Shown: one piece after another, positions 25,835 to 44,063 of the stretch | Numbering within the stretch: position 1 is the first letter of the stretch | Layout: each line of letters opens with the position of its first letter | DNA from: Macrostomum lignano | Lineage: Eukaryota | Length of the DNA stretch: 64,000 nt | Assembly: GCA_002269645.1 (NCBI GenBank) | Contig: NIVC01001581.1 | Location: 62,001-126,000 of the forward strand | Direction: 5' to 3' | Translations under genes and position numbers: made by a program | Notes under the pieces: model-generated | Seen by the model: the letters and a program-made list of their open reading frames with translations, nothing else | Told to the model about the DNA's origin: nothing | Database searches by the model: none

Positions 25835-27442
25835 TGTTGGCTACACAACCGCCAACGCCAGATGTTTGTTGACCCAAGAATAGGTAACGAACATCTTTCA
25901 GGACTTTCAATTCAAAGTCCGCGGCGCTGTCCGATGAAATACGGTACCCAGGCCAAGGAGCGTCTCAGAGTAACTTGCATCGCCCCAGAGTCGTTTTAGA
26001 GTCAATGCTGGTAACATATCAGCCAGCAGGCAGTCGACGAAACGCCGAGTCGTACTGCCCCCAGCAGGTGCAGGAGGTGCTGCTGCTCACGCTGCAGGCA
26101 CCCTACCGGCGGGGACAGGCGCGCAATCGTCGTTTCGTCGACTGCCTGCTGGCTGACGCCGGCGCCCCGGACTCTGCCGGCGGAGCGGCCTATGTTCGCA
26201 CTCTGGCTTTGAGACGCGCCTTGTGACACTAGAGACTATCCAGTGTACTTTTTTGTTGTTGTTGCTGGTAACATAGGTAAAAAGGGAGTTCTAGACGATT
26301 CTAAAACGACAAGAAGTCACGGTAAAAGTTCCCGCGCACGAAATATACTTGGAAAGTACTTGAGAAGTGACTTAAGAAAACATTGCATACTTGGAAAGTA
26401 GCTACTTATTGTATGTGCTTGGAAAACTTGGAAAGTACTTAGGCGGTACTTGCCACGAGGTTGTATTGTTGACTTACAAGTACTTGGCAAGTTTGGTTTG
26501 TTTTTTTCTCGGGAAGTGACTCTGCATGGGGTGCTTCTATCAAGGGCGTCGCCATGGATTTTATGTTGGGGGGACAAAGCCAAGAATTCAACATGTACAT
26601 GTACATGACTAAGTTATTACGGTAAATATCCATTATTTTGAGAATCGTGTTGTCAGCGCTCATTTTAGCGCCGCAGGCACTCATTTTAGTGCCACAGGCA
26701 CTCATTTTGGCGACGCAAGCACTCATTTAGGAGGAGCAGATACTCATTTTGGCGCCCTGAAGAAATATTATTGATTACCACAACGCCACAAGGTGGGGTG
26801 GGGGGACAAAGCACTCTGGGGCCGTAGAGTCGTATCCGAGGCTCGCTGAAGTCACTTTGGAATCACTCGACTCGGCTGTACATTCCCTCTGTTGCTAATG
26901 CAGATCAAGAAGAAGCTGCAAGTGTTTGAGCTGTGGCGGATCTGCATGGAACGAGAACCAGTGCAGCGATTGTCAGCACTCCAAGGCAGACCACACGCTG
27001 GAGCTCGGCAAAGCAGCGGCCGATTATGCGGACACATTTCTGAAACTCTAGGCCGATCGTCCAACATATTTGGATGTGTTTCACACACAATTAAGTTTTG
27101 TACATTTGGTGCATTTGGTGCTGTCTGTGTGGACTCGGTGAACGCTCGGCAAGGGCGGCTGACTCCAGAGATTTGAGATCGCAACGATGAGATGCTGAAG
27201 GTGGCGGCGTTCTGCTGGTGCAGTTTCCGCGCAAAAAGACGGACTGCACCATCTGGACGCTGTAGCTGGTGAAGATCTACCAGCGAGTCCTCACAAAACG
27301 AGTCTGCTGTGATGGCACATGGCAGCCGCAATTCTATGGCTACAACCGCGAGTGAATTTAAAAAATTAGGGCTTCCAAATTTAAAAATACCCCAGAATTC
27401 TTGTAAGTTTTTTAGTTTCTGATTTTCTGACATGTAAGCAAG

Positions 27443-28091
27443 TATTGCTTTTGTCAGCCTAACTGAGAATAAAGCCATCCAAAGTGAGAATCCTGCCTAC
27501 GCTGACTGCGAAGGGCCTGGCTGCGTGCAGCCTTAGTCTATGAGCCATAGACTATAAAGGACAAGCAAAGTGATAAAAAGCCATCCAATGTGAGAATCGA
27601 TTGGTCTATGCGTCGTGTATTATTTTATTTTTATACCTTCTGAGCCATATGACTAGCCAATAGCTTGAACGGAATAACGGAAACAGGAACATGCTGTTAG
27701 AGAGGGAGGCGCGCGAAGCGATTGACGACAGTCACTGCTGGGAAAGCTGCCGCGTGGGACCTGCATTGCAGACGACTCTTTGGGCAGTGCATTGAGGGAC
27801 GGCTATTTTAACTCTTTACTTTACTGTACTGTATCATCCAGTGTGTTCCTGTTTCCGTTATTTCGTTCAAGCTATTGGCTAGTCATATGGCTCAGAAGGT
27901 ATAAAATAAAAGAATACACGACGCATAGACCAATCGATTCTCACATTGGATGGCTTTGTATCACTTTGCTTGTCCTTTATAGTCTATGGCTCATAGACTA
28001 AGGCTGCAGGCAGCCAGGCCCTTCGCAGTCAGCGTAGGCAGGATTCTCACTTTGGATGGCTTTATTCTCAGTTAGGCTGACAAAACCAATA
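27443..28091. mobile_element. Foldback/MITE element with ~250-bp TIRs and ~150-bp spacer
   Basis: 27443-27691 is the near-perfect reverse complement of 27844-28091; outermost bases are TA on both sides; no ORF. Confidence 0.85.
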
Positions 28092-29664
28092 TTATTTTTA
28101 CCAATTTCATTCATGCAAATCTAAATATACCAAATCTCTAAGGTTTGTATGCTTGAATGCTTGTCCATAACGCTCTAGTTGCGTGCTTCTGCGTGCTTCT
28201 TTAACTATATACTTTTCTATTTGTGCATGTTCTGTAACTACATGTATATAAAACACGAAACAATTGCAAACGCTTGTTGAAAAATCTTTAAAACTGGCGT
28301 AATTTTTTACTATGAGTAGTGTCTCAGATACTATAAATGTGAAAAAGGACACTGAGACACATGTAAAAGTAAATGTAGTTTGAGGTACATTAAAGTCGTG
28401 TAGCTAGGTATGAGAATTATGGTGAGAGTAGGGTGAGACGTGAGACCCATCAGCCAATGAGAGAGTTCCATTCCATATATATGACGCGCCTCCAAAAAGT
28501 GGTGGCCACCTTAGCGTCCTCTGTGCGAGTCATAACTTTCCAAGAATTTTTTTCCATCACGTTCCGACTAGGAAAAATCCATAGTTTCTCGCTTAATCAT
28601 GCAATTATATCGTTTTGTTGAAAGTTTTAGTTTCTTTAATTACTTACCGAAACCAGGATCAGAAGTGAGACTTTAACTGCTTCTTTAACAATGCTGTGCA
28701 TACTACTTACAAGTCCTTCTGGTAAGTAGTGCATTCCTATTTTTTTACCGTTGTAAATGGAAGCATTTAGAATTTGTAAATTACGAGGCTACATTAGTTA
28801 GCAAAAATGACGAACCATATGAAGAATGTTAATTTTCTTTATTGCGACTCAAATTGGCTTGCGTGTTTTCTTTTCTTTAAAAAGATCTTCTTTTGTACTT
28901 AAATGTACTGCAGTCGCATGGATCACAATATGCATCTGTGGCGAACTTTAAATGTCTCAAAAATAGTTTTTTTAACGGTGTAAACATTAAGCTTATAGCA
29001 AATCAATTATTTGAGTCCTCTCAGAAATCGATTGTTTGCTGATTACAGATTTAACCAAAAAAATGGAACAGCTAAGTAGCCTATAGGCGTGCAGACAAAA
29101 ATTGCATTCTAGAGAATATACGACACTGTATCGAAGATAAAGTTAATTAAATTACCTTGAATACTTTTGCCAATTCTTGAGTAGGGCATTGTTAATAAAG
29201 ATGACAAAGACATTGAATATCGCCTTTTGGTTCTTTTTTAAAATCTTTGATTGGACCTTAAAAATAATAGGAATGCAATAACATCTTGAACAATTGCTTC
29301 AAGATGTTATTTGTTGTCCTTTAATAATTGAAGGACAACATGCGTGTAACACATTGAATCCTATATCCTCGCTACTATGTGTGCTAAGTGTTAAGTTGGT
29401 ATTGTAGATGCGATTGCTTTAAGCCTTGCTTGCATCGTCATCAAAAGAGATAAAAAAATGCTTGATTATGCGTCTTTGTACATTTTGATTTATTGTAGCT
29501 TTGTCACCTTGGCTTTGTGTCATCAATGAATTGATGCCTCAACTGCAGGATTAGTGGGTAAATACGAGCCAGTGTGCACCGAAGAGCAACCAGTTTGGTT
29601 GGTTCGGTTTTATGACCTTGACCTTGCCTTGTTTTTATTTTCTATCGCACGCCACCACCCCCAC

Positions 29665-30020
29665 TAAACCAATCTCACTCCACACCAGCCAATCCCTCTC
29701 TCTCCGTTAGTGGGAATCAATTTCACACCCTTTCCGATTGGCTGACCTATTTTCTCTATAACCGCGCACTCTTTGATACGCCTTGCCCTACCCAACAAGC
29801 TTGTCTTATCTGTATTTTCTACCCCCAAATCCCCTTCGCCGCCAGCCCACGAGACCAATCTCACTCCACACCAGCCAATCCCTCTCTCCCTCCGTTTAGC
29901 GGGATCACTTTCACACCTATCTTTCCGACTGGCTGACCTAATTACTCTATAACCGCTCTCTTTGATACGCCATGGCCTAACCAACAAGCTTGTCTTATCT
30001 GTATTTTCTACACCCCTTCC
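29665..30020. repeat. Diverged tandem duplication of a ~180-bp unit
   Basis: ACCAATCTCACTCCACACCAGCCAATCCCTCTCTC...CAACAAGCTTGTCTTATCTGTATTTTCTAC present twice. Confidence 0.85.
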
Positions 30021-30456
30021 GCCGCCACCCACGCCGCCAAACTCAGCTCGCGCCAGCCACTCCATCCATTCCATCCCTGCTTTGGAGCAAGGACCGCTAG
30101 ACTAGAAGTTATCGTTGTATCAGGACATAATAGTTGATTTAAAGGGAAAATATTTAAAGGCGCTTGACTACCCGCTCCTAAATTAAACTAAATTAAATTA
30201 AGGTATTAAGTTAAGTTAAATCAGCCCTTTTAGTACTTGTCAATTGATACATGCAGTATGTTTGAATAAATTTTAAAGCTGTTTAAATATGGTGGCCAGC
30301 TATGAGTTTAACGGTTTTTTTAGCGGGTTAATCGCATATTGCCATGCCATCTCTAATGAAGATTAAATAGTTTATTGATCCGTAAACATTAAACAGAGAA
30401 GAAAAGTTCACAGTATCGCGTTGTTGCAGCCGACAACCTGTCGAGGTCATCATTAT

Positions 30457-34503
<4,047 letters not shown>

Positions 34504-35335
34504 TTACCTTCTTTAGTGATTCCAACACCCGAGCTGTTTACCACGCCACAGAAGAGATTAAAAAGTGAAATTTCAAGTCCCGTCATACCTTAGGCTAGCT
34601 ATATAGAGCTGGCTGTATAACACAGTCAGCATTCCAACCGACCAATAGAAATTCAGACGGGGTGGGGGGGCTGAGTTAAATTCAGATTCCGGATAAACAA
34701 GAACAAGAACTCGTTGAAGGTCCAGAAGCTCCGCCTGGATGAAGGCCAGTGACCAACGAAGTCAGAGCTGATGCAGACAGATGTGGTCGACGTGCTGATG
34801 AAATTTGGAGGCTTGACAAGGCTGCCTTCTGAAAGAATCGTTGAACATCACGACGGTCTGGGAAGGCTGGCGACTTGGTTCTTGTTTGAGAAGGTGCTCC
34901 AGCACAACACGTTCTTGCGCACCTTTCTCGTTTCGGCGCAGTAAAAATAATAGCCCTAGGTTGTTCCACTATTATGCGTTGAGTCCACTAGAAATTAAAC
35001 TAATGAGTTTCGACTCGAAATAATTATATTTTAATATTTTATGATAAGCGAATTATTTGAGCTCACGAAACTGGCTGATCAGCGGGGCGTGCAGACACTT
35101 CATCAGCTCAAGGATGTTAGCTTTCCCCTTCGAATCGTCCCATTGTGGGCCGCTGAGAATTAGCGCCTCCTCGCTCCGTACACGCAACCTGAATGCGCAA
35201 TCTTGTCATTATTGTTGCATTAAATTTAATCTGACTGGCACTGATAGACATTAATCATAAAAACTTAATGAGTGACATGGTCTGCGAATTCCGTGAGACA
35301 GTTTAGTTGAGTAAGATACTGAACGGAGTTCAATT

Positions 35336-36181
<846 letters not shown>

Positions 36182-36229
36182 TATAGATAGTTGCAGAAGA
36201 GTTGCGCAGGGAACCCTAACGCAACGCCT

Positions 36230-36385
36230 TAGTTTACATCGTCCCACAGCCTGAGCTGAGGAAATCCTGCTCATTCCGCTGACTCCTGGGCGTCGTACAC
36301 ACGCTCACGCAGGATGTACAGCGGCCCTGACTTTCTAATCAGTTAGGCATGTACACTTTCTGTGCCTTGGAGGTTGGCCGTCATG
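36230..36385. mobile_element. Dispersed hairpin-containing repeat, copy 2
   Basis: ACATCGTCCCACA... and GTACAGCGGCCCTGACTTTCTAATCAGTTAGGCATGTACAC...GTGCCTTGGAGGTTGGC shared with the other copies. Confidence 0.6.
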
Positions 36386-36694
36386 GGGGTGGGGGAATCG
36401 CGCGTCAACCCCCAGGCCAATTTTTGCTCACACAAGCCCCAAATGAATGTGGCCTCAGTGCTGCTCCTGTCCCTTTAGTCATTTTAACTTGAATAAGAAA
36501 GTTTGATAAAAATAGTTTTCATTCTATATCCCGAATAATTTGCCTAATTTTCTCACCTTTTTAACTTTCGATTTTCTAAGTATTAAATCGCATCTAGTCT
36601 GAGTTGATTCAATCAATTTAAAGTCGCAGTCTAGGAAATCAGAGAGTTGTTTAGTTGTGTGGCAAATAAACCGAATCTGCAAGGACGCGCAAAC

Positions 36695-36744
<50 letters not shown>

Positions 36745-37635
36745 AGACTCGACGGTTGCCTCACAGTTACTCCTCCCCGAGCTTATAATCCCCTCGCCAA
36801 TCTAATCAGATTTTTAGCGAATACAGCTTGAGAGCTCTGAGGAAAGCATAGCGAAGGCTTTTGAATTTGAATTTCGACTGCCCCCTCCCCTCTGTGGAGC
36901 AGGAGGGTCATTAGAGACGGGCTCACATCGACTTAACAGCCTCTGCAGTTGTTGAAAGCCGCCAAAAATGTCAGGGGAAGTGAAATCCTCTGCCCTACGA
37001 ATGACAGACGACGCGATTTTTAAGGGGGATTAAACGACCGTCGTTTCGATTGAGGATTATTTCAAATTGTCAAATTACGACAAAATATGCGTCACAGCTG
37101 AATGCTGGCTGCTGTCAATGACATTTGAAACTGGCCCAAGCCTCAGTCGGTGTCAGGCCACTGCAGACGCTGCTCTTTGCTGAGGTGAATGCCTTAGAAA
37201 TTCTTAGATTTAGTAAGATCACGACAAATAGCATCTTCACAGCTTCCTGACTAACTGTCGTGACTGACTGACTGACTGACTGACTGACTGAGTGTAGTAA
37301 CCGCATTCGATGCAGAACGCGGGCAGCAGTGCTTGAAATGTTGATGCCTTCCTTAGAACGGCGCAGCTGCTCCGGATTAAACGCCAAAAATAGTTACCCA
37401 AAGTGTGTGCCGTTGTTTTTTTCGTGAAAAATCTCACGAATCATTGAGCTATCAGCACTGCATTTAATGCCACTCGGTTTGAACCTTGAAAACTGCATGA
37501 AATGCATGTACTTGTAACCACAGTGTTAAGATGACGCACTGGAATGTACTTGGTAGGTTTAATAATCGAGTTGTTTAGCACGATCTGGATCTTCTGGCCT
37601 TCGAAAAATAAGTTAAGGCTATTAGGAGCTAAGTT

Positions 37636-38330
37636 TGGATGATAAACACACTGCACTAGACATGGTGGATGATAAACACACTGCACTAGACATGGTGGAT
37701 GATAAACACACTGCACTAGACATGGTGGATGATAAACACACTGCACTAGACATGGTGGATGATAAACACACTGCACTAGACATGGTGGATGATAAACACA
37801 CTGCACTAGACATGGTGGATGATAAACACACTGCACTAGACATGGTGGATGATAAACACACTGCACTAGACATGGTGGATGATAAACACACTGCACTAGA
37901 CATGGTGGATGATAAACACACTGCACTAGACATGGTGGATGATAAACACACTGCACTAGACATGGTGGATGATAAACAGACTGCACTAGACATGGTGGAT
38001 GATAAACACACTGCACTAGACATGGTGGATGATAAACACACTGCACTAGACATGGTGGATGATAAACACACTGCACTAGACATGGTGGATGATAAACACA
38101 CTGCACTAGACATGGTGGATGATAAACACACTGCACTAGACATGGTGGATGATAAACACACTGCACTAGACATGGTGGATGATAAACACACTGCACTAGA
38201 CATGGTGGATGATAAACACACTGCACTAGACATGGTGGATGATAAACACACTGCACTAGACATGGTGGATGATAAACACACTGCACTAGACTTGGTGGAT
38301 GATAAACACACTGCACTAGACATGATGGTT
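37636..38330. repeat. 30-bp minisatellite
   Basis: (GATGATAAACACACTGCACTAGACATGGTG)n, almost perfectly homogeneous. Confidence 0.98.
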
Positions 38331-39754
38331 ATAAACACGCAATAAGAGACTCAGCTGAGTAAATATTCTACCAGGAAGTAACAACAGACAAGATAAATTA
38401 TGACTAGTAATTATTCTTTAAGAATAACTTGGGGCCCACTATAAAGGCTGAGTGTTTTTAATTATATTTGACATTTGCAGATATATGGTAGCCTAAAAAA
38501 TAATGAAACTAGAAAAAAACTAGCTAGAAAATAAACAAAACATAGTAAATTATTAAGGAGGCTAATATTTATTTATTGGTTGGATAATATGTAACAATTT
38601 TCTACTAAATAAATATGAGGGCTGTTTAGTTAAACAAAGAAAAACACAATGGCTGGACAGGACATCCTAAAATGTACGGTAGACACGCAGGCCTCTAGGT
38701 CATGTAGTACACGAAACGCCAATAACGTTGATGTGTAAAATATTTGCACTAAAGCACCTCTCAACTCGTATTAATCTGCAGTTCATTTACAAAGAAAACG
38801 CTCGAATCTTATTAAACCTATTAATTTAATCGAAATAGGAGGTGCAAAAAGGGCTGGATAAGGAAGCCAAAGGAAAAATAGAAAAGGCGAAAAATATATC
38901 GCAACGAAATACCTGACCGAAATAAAAGCTTTCCTATTAGAAAAATTATTATTTGATTGTTAACGTTAGATAATTTGCATTAGATAGATCGCCATTTAAA
39001 CTAACGCCTGGGACTTCGGCTAGTGTACACTTAGAGGATAGGGGTAGAAAGTGGCGGGCGAGTGTACATTTAGAGGATAGGGGTAGAAAGTGGCGGGCGA
39101 GTGTACATTTAGAGGATAGGGTTAGAAAGTGGCGGGCGAGTGTACATTTAAAGGATAGGGGTAGAAAGTCGCGGATTATTGAATATTCAATAAAAACACA
39201 AGAATATTTTCATTAAATTTAAAGTACACAATCAAAACCCGCGCCTACTAAAAAGAACTAAAAAGGATTTCAAACCGTTATACTGCTCGTAGTTTCAACA
39301 ATTATTTAATCAAATGACGATCTATCGATCCACAACTTTCAAACAGCGGCTGTGGTTGCTTCAGCTTATAATACATGCACAGTTACAGCAATCCTAGCCG
39401 TATAAATAAATTAAGTTCAACGCAAATCGTTAATTGCACAATCTACAACTTTAAAACTTGGAAAACAAATTGCTAAGAAGAAAAACTCATTATGTGCAAT
39501 CAGCTTAAGCGCTTTGATAAAACTACAGCTTACTCCAGTGAGTAGTTGAACAGTCGATAAATTTTGTTAATATGCTACTCCGCCTAAAAAGCCGTCTTAT
39601 TGAAATGTAACAGTAACTTTTACTAGAAAATTCCTGATGCTCCAAAAAAACTTGCGACTGTCTCTAGAAGGGCCGTTTTATCAAAGCCTGGTTAAGCAAA
39701 CAATATTGATTGATATGCCAAAAAATCAATAAAGATATTATTAACAAAGTCAGA

Positions 39755-42700
39755 TTATACAGACTTGTTACTGGAATTGCCATCAGTCTTTGTTGCAGAA
39801 TCTTTAGTTGTCATAATAAGTCGCTCTTTGTCAAGCGCCTCTAGAAGTTTAGCCAGATCACTTGAACTCAGACGGGAGTTATCGGAGCCCAGCATCTCAA
39901 TCACCTGCAACATTAACAGTAGAAATTTACAATAAATGAAAATGAAGGACAGACAAGCTATATTCATAAATATTTATAGGTCTTTACTTATTTATTTACC
40001 TAGTATTGATATATACACTGTTATACACGTATGTGCTTATGTATATCTGCAAGATTGTGTCATATTTCCTAAGCTGGAATTTGAAATAGAAATCCTAATA
40101 ATAATAATAATAATAATGATAATATTTGATTCGACCATGTGAGGCAGATGTGCAACCGACAGTTCAGCCGCAGCTATTGCGCGGCGCATCTGAAGGCTGC
40201 GTACGGCTGTTCAGTCCAAGGACTGGGGGGTCGCCACACACCCTCAATTACCCCAGCTAATGCTGGCACCCATTTTACAGTTGAGCGAACTGAAGCAATG
40301 CAGAGTTAAGTGTCTTGCTCAAGGACACAAATTGTTCCGAGTGGGATCGACCTAGTGGAACCCCCGACCTTCAGTCGTGAGACAAAAGCTCTGACCACTA
40401 GGCTACAACCCCCTCCCCCCAAGCATAAACTCAAAGTTACACAACACAATCTTCATAGAATAACGAATTGCATATGCACAAATTCATCCATCCACCATCC
40501 ACCTCCACCATCACCACCACCAAAGCCTATACTAAAAATGAAAATCTTGCTTGTATGCTTGTATGTATGTAATTGATTATCTCCCGAACGGCTTAACCAA
40601 TTTTCGTCGTTTCTTCACCAAAAGATGTCAAATGTTCCCGAATCGGTACATGTATTTTTTTATTAAGTTCTAGCTCATAGCTAAAGGGAATAAATATTCG
40701 AAAACGTGTTTTAAATGGGCTTTTTTAGTGTGTTTCTTATCAACGTGTGCACAGTGAGAGAATTCACAGCCAATTTTAATGATTGCATCGGAGCCAACTG
40801 ATAAGAAAACTCACTGAGCCCCACTGCCCAGATAATTACTCTATTTAACTTGCGTAACCATTTAAGGGGGGAGCAATAAAAATTCTGGATGCTGGCAGAC
40901 TGCTCTAATTAGCTAGTTAGACTACTAAAGATAAGAACACTATAAGTAGTATAAATAGTACAACATTTCAAGAGCATCAGTCATAAAGCAGATTCCACAT
41001 ATTAAAAGACAAATAAAAACACAACAATAAGTCTCACCTTAGTCACGTGATGAATTTCAATTTTTCCGTCGTTATCCTCGTCCAGCAGAGGCAGGATTTT
41101 CTCCCACTGATTGTCGTCTGGGTTGCGCTGGAAGCGCTTCAATGCCAATTGCAGTTCGTTCAAGGACAGCAGCTGTTCGGCCAGTTTGTCCGAGGCTTCA
41201 GACTCCAATTCTTCGTTAATTCGCCTCTGCAAGTCTTGCCGTTCGATTTGAACTTTGCCCATCATGTCGTCGATTTCGCCAACTAATAGATGTAATTTTT
41301 TGCTCAGCAAAGCTTCCGCTTTGGATGTGGGAGCAGCGGCAGGAGACTCGGCGGTTGAAGAGTTGGCTGCATCTTTCAGATCGCGAACTGCCTGGTCTTG
41401 AAGAAGCCGCTCTCCGCCCACCTGCCAAGTTTTGTAGAGCATAGCAAATGGATACAGTAGTAGGTACCCTAATTTCTAAGAATCATTGACCTACTTTCTA
41501 AAACCCACTAACTTACTTTTTAAGAAACACTGATCTACTATCTAGGGATCACTGAGCTGCAATGACCTGCATTCTAAGAATCACTGAATTACATTTCAAA
41601 AATCAATGACCTGCATTCTAAGAATCACTGAATTACATTTCAAAAATCAATGACCTGCATTCTAAGAATCACTGAATTACATTTCAAAAATCAATGACCT
41701 GCATTCCAAGAATCACTGAATTACATTTCGAAAATCAATGACCTGCATTCTAAGAATCACTGAATTACATTTCAAAAATCAATGACCTGCATTCTAAGAA
41801 TCACTGAATTACATTTCAAAAATCAATGACCTGCATTCTAAGAATCACTGAATTACATTTCAAAAATCAATGACCTGCATTCTAAGAATCACTGAATTAC
41901 ATTTCAAAAATCAATGACCTGCATTCTAAGAATCACTGAATTACATTTCAAAAATCAATGACCTGAATTCTAAGAATCACTGAATTACATTTCAAAAATC
42001 AATGACCTGCATTCTAAGAATCACTGACCTACTTCCTAACAATCACTGGCCTACTTGCTAAGAATCACTGACCTTCTTTTTAACAATCACTGACCTACTT
42101 CCTAAGAATCACTGACCTACTTCCTAAGAATCACTGACCTACTTCATAAGAATCACTGACCTACTTCCTAGGAATCGCTGACCTACTTCCTAAGAAAGAA
42201 TCACTGACCTACTTTCTAAGAATCACTGACCTACTTTCTAAGAATCACTAACCTTCACTGACCTACTTTCTAAGAATCACTAACCTTCACTGACCTACTT
42301 TCTAAGAATGATTGACTGACTTAAAAAAATCACCGAGACACACAATTTTCTAGGAATAACTGACTAACAGGTGTTAGAATTGCTGACCTGCTACTGATTC
42401 AAGAATTTTTGGGCCCAATTTCTTAGAATCACTGATCTGCCTTCGCTAGCTTATCTAAGCTCACTGACCACAGGCCATGTACACTCTCTGTTACTTGAGG
42501 GGGGGGGGTTGGCCCCTTAGGCTGTGGATCGTGGCTTGTAAAATGTCAAGACGCTTGTAAAATGCGCCACACACAACACACCTGGCTGATGGCCGACTCC
42601 AGCTGTCTCAGCTCGCCAGAACCAAAAACTCCAAGCGACTTGTCTGTCTGCGCCGATCCGCCATCCAATGGGACGGCAGCCTGCCGCTGTCGGTCCTCCT

Positions 42701-43192
42701 CAGTCTTAGCCAGCTCCATTTCGGCCGCCTCTTTGGTCACATCGGCGTCGGCGGACTTCAGCGCGGCCAGCCGGGTCCGATTGTCGGCTCCAGCGCTGCT
42801 GGCCTCAACGGAGGCTACGGCGCGTTGAGGCAATACGGCGATGGTCTTGCGGAGCAGCTCCTCCTGGTCTAGCGAGTCGGGGAAGTGCAAAGAGCGGGAG
42901 AGCAGCAGCAGAGAGGTTGGCACCTGAGTGAGGTAAGGGGGGGGCAGTTTAATAGTTAAGCTATACGGGACTTTGTACATAGGATATTGTCATTAGTTGG
43001 CTAGTTTGTAGGGTTGCTTTCGGCGCTGCCGAAGATCAAGGTGACAGACAGCCTGCAGCCAGTGAGGATAGACAGACAGACAGACAGACAGACAAGCAAA
43101 CAAACAAACAAACAAACAAGACAGACAGACAGACAAGCAAGCAAACAAACAGACAGAGAGACAGACAGACAGACAGACAGACAAGCAAGCAA

Positions 43193-43224
<32 letters not shown>

Positions 43225-43232
43225 GCAAGCAA

Positions 43233-43277
<45 letters not shown>

Positions 43278-43321
43278 CAAACAAACAAACAAACAAGACA
43301 GACAGACAGACAAGCAAACAA

Positions 43322-43352
<31 letters not shown>

Positions 43353-43361
43353 AGCAAACAA

Positions 43362-43393
<32 letters not shown>

Positions 43394-43401
43394 GCAAGCA
43401 A

Positions 43402-43433
<32 letters not shown>

Positions 43434-43441
43434 GCAAGCAA

Positions 43442-43478
<37 letters not shown>

Positions 43479-43481
43479 CAA

Positions 43482-43531
<50 letters not shown>

Positions 43532-43985
43532 CAGACAGACAGACAAGCAAACAAACAAACAGACAGACAGACAGACAAGCAAACAAGCAAACAAACAAAC
43601 AAACAAACAAACAAGACAGACAGACAGACAAGCAAACAAACAAACAAACAAGACCATACATGCGCAACGTCCAAAATTCGGTCGGCCGTGCGACTTAGTT
43701 TTAACAAAAATGCGACGTAGTTTTTGGCCAAAAATGCGACTTACATGTAAAAAAACCCTAAAGCAAAATTAACGCAACTTTGGGTAAACGGCGGGAGTAA
43801 CTATGACTGTCTTATCAGGCAAAAATGCCTCGTCAGCTACTTAGTACTACTGCGTGGGTATTTTTTGGGTGGGCATTTTTTGCGACTTCCTTGGTTGGCT
43901 GCCAAATCAGTCGGCCGGATCGGCCGACTCGGCCGACTGTTGCGCATGTATGAACAAGACAGACAGACAAGCAAGCAAACAAACA

Positions 43986-44063
<78 letters not shown>

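Noticed and set aside
37237-37620. In-frame TGA at 37441-37443 as selenocysteine or readthrough
   Set aside because: No recognisable protein family or SECIS evidence; more likely non-coding or a different exon structure.
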